Origin: Trichoplax adhaerens
Taxonomy: Eukaryota; Animalia; Placozoa
Assembly (NCBI RefSeq): GCF_000150275.1
Contig: NW_002060948.1
Coordinates: 1,858,918-1,922,917 of the forward strand
Length of the DNA: 64,000 bases
Direction of reading: 5' to 3'
Position numbers and translations under genes: made by a program. The notes below the pieces were generated by a model that saw nothing but the letters and a program-made list of their open reading frames with translations, was not told the DNA's origin and ran no database searches. Shown here one piece after another: positions 54,201-64,000 of the stretch. The stretch's first letter is position 1; every line of letters begins with the position of its first letter.

Positions 54201-57200
54201 TGGCTCAAACTGTGAAACAAATATTAATGAATGTGCCAGCCAGCCTTGCTTGAATAATGCAATGTGCAATGATTCCATTAATAATTATTCATGTATTTGC
54301 AATTCTGGCTTTACGGGAATATATTGTGAAACCAATATTAACGAATGCCTATCGATGCCATGCCGTAATAACGGCACCTGTATCGATCTGATTAATGCTT
54401 ATGTGTGTCAATGTTTTAACACAGGCTTTACTGGACTTAACTGTGAAAGCAGTGAGTTTATAAATTCTTCTATCACTAATAGAAGTTAATATGAGACGAA
54501 TGCTAAAAAACGATATAATCTTGGTTTTCCTAGCTTTATAAGACAGTTTACGATTAAAAATTTATTATATAGATTAGATTAAATAATCATATTTATTATC
54601 TTCATAGATATCGATAACTGCCAATCAGCTATCTGCTACCATAATGGAACATGTATCGATGAGATAAGAGATTATCATTGCAATTGTACAAGTGGCTGGG
54701 AAGGCAAGCAATGCCTGCAAGGTAGTAAAACTTAAAATACCTATACAATATAAGAGTAATTGTATCAAAAACGACGCACTGATATTAAACTTATATACAT
54801 TCAAATTAATTTTTCAATTCTCTATCTTGTATAATCAGAAACCAATGAATGTTTATCCAACCCCTGCTTCCATGATAGTACCTGCATCGATATGTTTGAC
54901 ATGTACCGGTGCAATTGTACTAACGGATATAACGGCACAAACTGCGAAAGTGAAATTAACGAATGTGCTTCTTCGCCGTGTCTTCATGGCGGTTTCTGCG
55001 AAAATGCAATTGGTAGCTTTATTTGCCACTGCGGTTTTGATGGCTTTACTGGTGACCGATGTGAAATCAGTTAGTTTCGAAAATAATTAGAAATGTGATA
55101 ATATTTACTGATGGACTTATACACATTGTTCAAAGATTAACACTGTTGAATACATTTATCTATTATTTTTCTGCAATGATCTTGGTTAAGATTCCACTTT
55201 TTAACGAATCAGTTGTAATAACGTATAATCGGAAAAGCATGTCTACCCTTATTATGTTTTTACTGATAGACTTATGCATACTTTATTATTTATAGATTCA
55301 TAGATTAATACTGTACATTTATCTATTATTTTTCTAATCTAATTAAGGCTAAAACTTCACTTTTTAATAAATTAGTATATAACGACGTATAATCTGATAT
55401 ACATGTTTACCGATAAGCGTTTCTATGCCACTGCTAGACTACGTATTCGATAGCATATTCGCTCAATCAAATGATGTTGATTCCTAATTTTTTATCTCTT
55501 CATCTTTTAAAAATTAGATATTGATGATTGCATCAATAGTCCATGCAATAATAATGGGACATGCATCGATTTAGTGAACGATTTTAGGTGTAATTGTGCT
55601 AATGGCTACTCTGGAAAACGCTGTGATATTAATATCGACGAATGTCAATCTCAACCTTGTATGCATAATGGAACATGCATTGATCAAATTCATAGTTATC
55701 GATGTAATTGCCTTGGTGGATATACTGGCAATGCTTGTGCTATCAACATTAACGAATGTTCATCCAGTCCGTGTCAAAATAATGCTAGCTGTGTGGATAT
55801 TATCGATGAATATATCTGTGATTGTGCAAACGGCTTTACGGGTACTGTATGTGAGACTAATATCAACGAATGTCGATCGCAACCTTGCAGTAATGGGGCA
55901 ACTTGCATTGACATGATTGATGGTTATAAATGCAACTGCAAGAATGGATTTACTGGTATTACTTGCGGTATTAACATTAAAGAATGTTTATCGCAACCTT
56001 GCCAAAATAATGGCACCTGCATTGATATGGTCAACAGATATATTTGCAATTGTAACCCTGGTTATACTGGAATTCATTGCCAAACAGATATCAATGAATG
56101 CCAATCACAACCATGTCAAAATAATGGTACTTGCTTCGATTTAATCAATTACTTTAGTTGTAACTGTATTGCTGGATATACTGGACCTACCTGTCAAATT
56201 AACATTAATGAATGCCAATCGCATCCATGTCAGAACAATGCTACCTGCCAAGATATGGTCAATGGTTATAATTGCCATTGCGCCGACGGATATACTGGAA
56301 ATACTTGCGATATCGATATTAACGAATGTCAATCTCAACCGTGTATTCATAATGGAACTTGTATCGATTTAATAGACGAATTTAATTGCATTTGCGCTGA
56401 TGGCTATACCGGAGTAATGTGCCAAACAGACATTAACGAATGTCAATCTGTGCCTTGCTTGAATAATGGAACTTGTCTGGTAAGTCAAATGGTTTATTGC
56501 ATAGATCAAAGTCTTAGATTAGTTAAGTGTATTTTAAAAATAGCCACCAATTATCCTTTCCGGTCGTTTTATGACTGTAGTGTAATATGTCCGATATATC
56601 GAATGGTTTATTGTATAGACAAAAGTATTGATTAGTGAAGGCTATTTTATAAATAGCTACCAATGAATCTTTCTGATCGTTTTATGACTATCACTTTTAG
56701 GATTTGATTGGTAGCTATCAATGCCAATGTCAACCTGGTTACACTGGATTACAGTGCCAAGTCGATATCAACGAATGCGCTAGCAATCCTTGCGTGAATA
56801 GTGGAACTTGTTTGGATCAAATCAATCAATATCAGTGCAGATGTAATCCGGGCTATACTGGAACCCAATGTCAAACTGAAATTAATGAATGTCAATCAAC
56901 TCCATGCCTTAACGGGGCAATTTGTAATGATTACGTTAATTACTATAATTGCACCTGTTTACCTGGTTTTACTGGTCAATATTGTGAAATTGAAATCAAC
57001 GAATGTAATTCTTCACCTTGTCGTCACGGTTAGTCATTTCTATCATTTTGAGCTAGCGTTAATTCAGTAGTTCTCAATCTTTTCGGGACAAAAGCCTCTT
57101 TTTATGCTATACAGTACTTAGTCTATTTAATGCAATATGTTCCAACCTAAAATCAGCAGGATTAGAGATTTATGTTAGCTATTTTCAGCATATGATGGAA

Positions 57201-60200
57201 ATAGTATCAACCTATCGCCTTTTTTAAGTCAAGAAATAATTTAAAGAGATTTATGATTGTTTTTTGACTTATAGGTGGAACATGCAACGATTTCATCAAT
57301 GCTTACAACTGTACATGCATCCCTGGCTACACTGGAATACATTGCGAAATCGACATCGATGAATGTGCGAGTAATCCATGCGTTAACTCCATTCTTTGCG
57401 CGAACCTTTTGGATAAATATCAATGCTATTGCAAGCAGGGCTTTACCGGCGTTAATTGTCAAACTAATATTAACGAATGCGCTTCAAATCCATGTCAAAA
57501 TTCTGGTACTTGTACTGATTACGTCAACTATTATCAATGTACCTGCATGCCAGGATATACTGGTAGTACTTGTGAAGTGAATATTAATGAATGTGCCAGT
57601 GCACCATGTCGCTATGGCGGTACATGTCTAGATCTAGTCAATGGCTATAACTGCACATGTGAAGGTGGTTATAGTGGAGCAGATTGTCAGATTAATATTA
57701 ATGAATGCTCGAGTATGCCTTGTTTAAATGGTGCTACTTGTATCGATAATTTAGATGCATTTGATTGTACATGTGCAGCTGGGTTTACTGGTGTAATATG
57801 TGAAACAAATATTAATGATTGCAACCCTAATCCATGTCGCAATAATGGAACCTGTACAGATTTGATTAATGACTACCATTGCAACTGTTTACCTGGCATC
57901 CAAGGCAAATCATGCATTGATAGCTGTAATGGTCAACCTTGCCAGCATAATGGGACTTGCCAAGATCAACACGATTCTTATAAGTGCTATTGTGCAATAG
58001 GATATACAGGAATCGATTGTGAAATTAATATTGATGAATGCAGCAGCAGTCCTTGTTTGCATGGTGCGTGTTTTGATGGTATAGATGGTTATCGATGCTT
58101 ATGCATTGTTGGTTATACTGGAACTAACTGCATTACAGAAATTGATGAATGTTCTGATCAACCGTGTATTAATGGAACATGTCGAGATAGAATTAACGAT
58201 TTTTATTGCAACTGCACACCTGGCTTCGATGGAAAAAGATGTCAAAATGACATCAACGAATGCCTATCCAATCCTTGTAGAAATGATGGCACTTGTATTG
58301 ATAATATTAACAGCTACCAATGTACATGCTTTGGTTATACTGGTGTCAATTGTGAGACAGAAATTGACGAATGTGCTAGTTCACCATGTACTTCTAATGG
58401 CGTTTGTGTCAACAGGATTGGTAGCTATTCTTGCGCTTGTAAGCCAGGATTTACTGGTAGTAAATGTCAAACGAATATTAACGAATGTGCATCATCGCCT
58501 TGCGTGCATGGATCTTGTGTCGATTCCGTCTTTGGCTATAAATGCAATTGTAATGCAGGCTATACTGGTGGTCATTGCCAGAATGAAATCAATGAGTGTG
58601 CTTTTGTGCATTGTTTTAACGGTAACTGTATCGATTTAATTGCAAATTATACTTGTAATTGTACAGCTGGCTATACTGGCCGATATTGCCAATTCGATAT
58701 TAACGAATGCCAAAGTAATCCATGCCAAAATGGAGCAACATGCGCTGATTTAATCAATCGTTATCAGTGCTACTGCCAATACGGTTTTACTGGCACTCAA
58801 TGTGAAACCAACATCAACGAATGTAGCAGTAATCCATGTCGTCATAGAGGAACATGCCATGATCAAATCAATGGCTATTCTTGTTCTTGTCCAGTTGGTT
58901 ATACTGGAACAGTGTGCCAAACGGATATCAATGAATGCCAGCCTAATCCATGCCATAACCAGGGACAGTGTACAGATAAAATAAATGGATACAATTGCAC
59001 TTGCCTGTAAGTTTTTTATGCTATGCAACTGCTTCAAATAGTCAGTTTCAAGAAGCTCTGCAGTACCTTACCAGTTAAAAATAGATTCAAATAATTTATT
59101 TTTTACTATACCATAAGAAGTAACTTTAGTTCATTAACATGCCAAAACAGGGACCATGTACAGATAAAATAAATGCTCATAATTGTACTTGCATGTGAGT
59201 TATTTTATACAATATATTTACTCCAAATAGATCCGTTTCAATAAGCTCTAAAGTATCTTACCAGTTAAAGAATATACCAATATAAATAGTTTATTCTCTT
59301 ACTATAAGTAACCATCGTTCAATAACATACCAAAACCGGGGACAGAATATAAAATAAAAATAAATGGCTGTAATTTCATTTGCTTTTAAGATCTTTTATC
59401 AATCCAACTGCTTCAAATAGATCTGTTTCTATGAGCTCTAATGCGTCTTAATAGTTAAAGAAATACATAAACAGTTTTAGTCTCTTACTATAAGAAGTAA
59501 CCTTAGTTCATTAAGACTACCATTTCAGATATATTACTAAAGCTTTGATTTTGTTGCATTAGACCTGGTTTCACCGGTGTAACATGCGAGACCAATATTA
59601 ACGAATGTGCTAGCAATCCATGCGTTCATGCATTTAGCTGTGTTGATCAAGTTAATAACGTGCACTGTAATTGCCAACCTGGTTACCATGGCCACTTCTG
59701 CCAGATTCAAACAAATGAATGTTTATCATCTCCATGTGTTAATGGCACTTGTATCGACCAAATTAACTCATATCATTGCAATTGCTCAACTGGTTTTACT
59801 GGCAGTAATTGCGACACTGATATCAACTATTGCACTAATGTCAATTGTAATAATCACGGTAACTGCATCGATTCACTAACTACCTATCATTGCCAATGTA
59901 ATCCAGGCTATACTGGCAAAGATTGTCAAACAGGTAACATATGCAATAGATGCCTGCATTTCTCTACGAAAATTTGTTAGCTGTTTGCAATATCTGATTC
60001 AATTTCATCTTAAACTTTATTAATACTTATCAACTTCAAATTTTAAAGTCGGTACTATTAAGAATAATAGAAGTCGATTTCTGCTAGTTAACAAATGATA
60101 TATCCGGTGTATTAAGATTTTATTCCTATGCTAAAGATCACCTTTAAGAAATTAGATTAAATAGCTTAGGTAACGTAATGGATATTAGTAAGCGCAATAT

Positions 60201-63200
60201 TTACCGAATAGTTATTCCCGATAGTCAGAATATCGGACATCAGATTAAATAATTACCTTCAGCAGCCATCCCATTAAACATAGTTTATAAAATACTTCAA
60301 ATTATTCATCTATGTGATATAATAAGTTTAATCTAGCTTTTGAACAGTATTAAATGATAGTATTACTCTTCATAGATTATATATCATAATAAATAGCTTG
60401 ATTTATACTAGTAGTTAACGACAAAGTATGCGAATATAGACGATAAATAAGCCAACATTGATGGAAATAGATATATAAATTCTGATATTACCTCGAAGAT
60501 GATAATCAATGTAAATGGCACGGTTATGAAAATTTAGTAAATATCAAATAGTATTGAACTAGATAATGATATCACTTTTCTAACTGGAAAGTGCTATAGA
60601 TATTCCATACATACATCATGTCTTCAGCTTCAGGATATTTTAGTATTACATTGCATTTGTTGGACGAGATTTACCGCTCTACAAATTAGTTGCTATCATT
60701 CATCTCATTTTATTTCCAATTATATAGAAATTGACCACTGCTTAAGCAATCCATGTGATTCTAATGGCAATTGTATTAATAATCCAACTGGTTATAAGTG
60801 TTATTGTTATACCGGCTTTACAGGATTAGATTGCACTTTAGGTAAGAACTAAGCTAATTACAATTATATGTCATCAAAATAAGATAATATTATTGTAACA
60901 TTGCTATCGTTAGATAGGATAAATATTGCCATGCTAGTCATCTAAATCTTGCAAGATAACTTAATAACCTCCAAAATCAACAATAAATCTATCCTGTTCT
61001 TCAATTATCTACTTTTTTAGTTACCTTATAATAATATATTTCTATTATTAGGTAGAATAAATATTGTCAAACTAGTCATTTAAAAGCTACAAGACAACTT
61101 ATTAACCTCTAAAATCAACTATGAATTTATCTTGTTATTAAATATATCCAACTTTTAGTTACTTGTGTCAGTAATGGAATAGCCTATCAAAATGGTAGCA
61201 GCTGGCTTAGTGATTGCAATAAATGTACCTGCGAAGGAGGACAAAAAAGTTGTACAATGGTAAATTTTCTTTTAATACCTATTCCAACGATAGTAATATT
61301 TATCATTAAAGATAGTGAATTTATTAATCTCGTCCTGTATATTATTTTTATCCACTAATTGCTCTGTAGATTTGGTGCGGCCCAACAGCTTGCAATCCCT
61401 CACTACAAGGCCAATGTGGACAAAATGATACCTGCCAATCGTTATCGCAAAATGAATGTGTTAAGCCACCTTGCTCAACTGCCAGTTTCTGCTCAAAAAG
61501 TGAATTAGGATTAGATTGCCTTAACTATGTTGGCCATTCACCAAGCAACTGTTACCGACAGTCATTTCTAATCGGCCATAATAGCCTTACAAATGTAAGA
61601 GATTATAGCATGATTATACTAGCTTAAGGTCTCAACCGAGCTGAATGTTGAACGTTAGCTCGATTACATGAAATTTTTTAATCAGCGTTTCATATATCTA
61701 CTCGCACATCAGGGGACAACCATCACTGAATTATGCAATGAATTACGATCCGTGAATGTATTGAAAAGTTACTCAAATAACGGCAGCCTCATTTTGCAAT
61801 GTAAAATCGAACAGAAAACATCAGAGGGAATTCGAATTGCATTAGCCACGGTAAAATTTTAGCCTACGAGAGTATATACAGCAAGCTTATTATTTACGTT
61901 AAAAACAATAAAATAAAATATTTAAAACTTTGCGCAAACTGTCCATATCTTCTTCGTATTTCTATTATATATTAATACAACTGTAGTGATCTATTTAAGC
62001 ATCAAAGTACTATCTAACTCATCACATCCAAATCCTAGCTGCATAAAGAATACATATCTTAGATATGCTATCTCTAAATACATATTGCTCTACATAATGC
62101 CATGTTACGTTACACTACTGTATCTAAATATAATGATAGCGCCAGGTATTAATTATATTTATCTATAAGTAATCGCGTGTATATATATATACACAACTAC
62201 ACATTAATTACACAAAAGTATTTGTAGATTTTTTAACGTTATTGACTACAATTTCTACTATCGCTAACAGATCTTTTCTCTCTATCTTTTAATTTGTAGA
62301 AATCCGCTTCCGGAAGTCAATACGCCCAGTCAGCATTGACAGCATTATTGTTAAGCCTTCAGACAGGACAAGGGAATAATCCACCAGTTCAGCTATTACC
62401 CATCAAAGCGGAAGGTATTCATGTTAACCTTATACGTTATCATCAAATTTGAAGACATTTTATGTTTAGCGTGCTAAAATATCGATCAGGATATGTCTAT
62501 GATAGATTAAATAGCTAAAGTTTCGATTTTAGGAATCAAATAGTCATTTCATCTTTAAAACTTCGAAATGGAATTTAATAATTCTCTCATGTTGTAGGTT
62601 TCAACGCTACTGTTATCGGTATCATCATCGCTATTGCTATTTTTCTGCTTGTAGCTGTCTTTTTGTATCGACGACGTCGACGTAAACAAACTGCTCAAAA
62701 GAATTCTGTATCTTTCGAGCAACAGTTATCGTCTATCGCTCCAGCTACAAGTATAACTAATCCACTGTACAAAGAAGGAGATCTGGATTTTCCAGATCTG
62801 CCTGCTCGGAAAGAAAGCCGTTTCGATAGTCCTGACCTCGACGGTGACGAGCAAGTTCAATTGCATAGTACCAGAAGTAAATTTAGCGTTGATAGCTTTG
62901 CTAAGCGAAATCAAAACTATTCTAGTACCTATTTTGAGAATCCTGCCATCAATGATAACGAAAGTGCTCACCAGCAATACCCTGAAACTAGCGTACCTAA
63001 TAACGGTATAGTAACCAATACAAATGGCAAGGACGGTAGCCTCTATAAATCAGTTAACGGCAAAGGTGATAACGACAAGGTTACATTATTTATGACAAAG
63101 AAATCATCTTCCAAAATGCGTGAACGAAGTGATAGCTTACCTACCGATACCACGACTTTACAAAAAGGAAATGGCCTTCAAACTGCCGACGATTATTATT

Positions 63201-63361
63201 ATCAAAATTACGATGATCAATCATTGGTTAGTGGAAACAGAAGGAGGAAGAGATCGAGCATAATGAAGAGCATGAGCGATATTTACAATCATGTTACATC
63301 AAACGCATCCAAGAAGAAGTCCTTCAGGGACAGCCATGATGAAGGTTCACTTATCAATTAA
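42218..63361 (+). CDS. Gene C: giant Jagged/Serrate-like type I membrane protein (SP-C2/MNNL-12 EGF-DOS-~48 EGF-vWC-juxtamembrane-TM-~230 aa tail), ~2994 aa, no intact DSL
   Basis: Exons: 42218-42280, 42983-43276, 44295-44511, 44675-44791, 44941-45057, 45250-45366, 45672-45785, 46050-46166, 46272-46388, 46756-46872, 47022-47138, 47550-47666, 47889-48008, 48285-48401, 48816-48929, 49029-49092, 49224-49285, 49912-49983, 50073-50189, 50838-50951, 51087-51203, 51347-51460, 51602-51718, 52045-52161, 52616-52732, 52829-52942, 53652-53768, 53879-54451, 54608-54721, 54839-55069, 55518-56479, 56701-57028, 57275-59006, 59563-59933, 60728-60841, 61159-61259, 61370-61594, 61713-61850, 62300-62414, 62598-63361. 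Lengths sum to 8985 nt with an open frame. Confidence 0.88.
42983..44511 (+). other. Gene C MNNL/C2 domain exons plus DSL stub
   Basis: [32 protein letters not shown]...CVYG...[12 protein letters not shown] | [13 protein letters not shown]...[15 protein letters not shown]. Confidence 0.85.
49029..49983 (+). other. DOS motif (atypical EGF1-EGF2 of Delta/Jagged) encoded by three small exons of gene C
   Basis: Spliced product [22 protein letters not shown]|[20 protein letters not shown]|[24 protein letters not shown] aligns Cys-for-Cys with Jagged1 AICRQGCSPKHGSC...[34 protein letters not shown] (recalled sequence). Confidence 0.85.
49425..49910. repeat. Intronic tandem repeat, ~120-bp unit, ~4 copies
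   Basis: atgttcagta.tattgcaat...accatta...tatctactc.tc...ttttcgtt recurs at ~49431, 49551, 49671 and 49791. Confidence 0.9.
50345..50590. repeat. Intronic tandem repeat, 81-bp unit, 3 copies
   Basis: attagca...taagtc.ta...tatatat...actattatgt at 50346, 50427 and 50508. Confidence 0.85.
58945..59515 (+). repeat. ~190-bp tandem triplication spanning an exon 3' end and donor site
   Basis: catgcc..aac.ggga...cagataaaataaatg...aattg.acttgc.tgt.agtt...caaatag...agttaaa...agtaac at ~58949, ~59138 and ~59325. Confidence 0.85.
61159..62414 (+). other. Gene C vWC/cysteine-rich and juxtamembrane domain exons
   Basis: [32 protein letters not shown]|IWCGP...CVKPPC...|[18 protein letters not shown]. Confidence 0.85.
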
Positions 63362-64000
63362 TCAAGATAGTATCTAGATCTTTTCTCCTTCTTTATTTAA
63401 TCGATCAACAAATCCTATACTACCTAAACAATTCATGAAATTTCCTTCATGTTTTAGTTAATACAAAATGTAAATACGTCAAACTTTTTCATTAATTTTC
63501 ACTTTAGCTTTTTGATTAATAACACATGGACGGTAAACATCATAAGTTTGCTCCATTAACTCTTGATATGATGATAGTAAATATCTTTCTTGATATATTA
63601 TGCCCTTTGATATAAAAGAATACGTATAACTACATAATAATTTTGAAGGACTACTTCTAAATCCAAAATTTCTATGCTACATTTTATAAACTGGAAGGTA
63701 TTAAATCAATTTTTATCCGTTAAAGAAATGGTCATAGTATTTTTTACACTTTATTTGAAAGTTGAGTGTCAATATACAGTAACCTATTTTTAATTGTACC
63801 TGCTAGTTCGTTTTGATATTGCATATTTACAAAATAAGATTTATAGGTACTTATTAATATAACCATTTAATTTCTTTATGCTGCTCAATTTAGTGCATCT
63901 TTTATAGCAGAATTACAGTCGTTTACTTGAAGTAATTTAAATTAAAAGCTTATATGTAGAAATCGATTACATCTATTTTTTTAAATATCATTTTTATTTA

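Noticed and set aside
55596-59037. Hydrophobic alternate-frame and antisense ORFs over the EGF exons (also 4727-5002, 6333-6990, 8618-9284, 10544-10972)
   Set aside because: Shadow frames of the repetitive Cys-rich EGF codons.
42218-63361. Calling gene C (or A) a Notch receptor, Crumbs or fibropellin
   Set aside because: No LNR/NOD, RAM or ankyrin repeats and no LamG, CUB or avidin domains; the N- and C-terminal modules are Jagged-type.

Overview
AT-rich, intron-dense animal genomic DNA; the style suggests an early-branching metazoan such as a placozoan, but that is inference. Reading GT-AG exons by hand gives a cluster of three paralogous Jagged/Serrate-like type I membrane protein genes. 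Gene A is on the minus strand (20263 to ~3334; 37 visible exons, ~52 EGFs, one +1 frameshift, 3' end lost in an N gap). Gene B is on the plus strand (27487-38905; 23 exons, ~1091 aa, 15 EGFs). Gene C is on the plus strand (42218-63361; 40 exons, ~2994 aa, ~62 EGFs). All three share this order: signal peptide, MNNL/C2 domain, EGF array, Jagged vWC/cysteine-rich domain, Jagged juxtamembrane domain, TM helix. None has an intact DSL domain; only a two-Cys stub remains. The N-terminal arrays are built largely from repeated Jagged EGF3-like/EGF4-like exon pairs. Only gene C keeps the DOS motif, and it sits 12 EGFs away from the C2 domain. Non-coding features are two related solo LTRs with 5-bp TSDs, a ~570-bp ~98% identical direct repeat bracketing gene A (one copy is the empty site of an LTR insertion), and many 70-190 bp tandem duplications, several copying splice sites. 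Most short ORFs in the supplied track are exon fragments or shadow frames.
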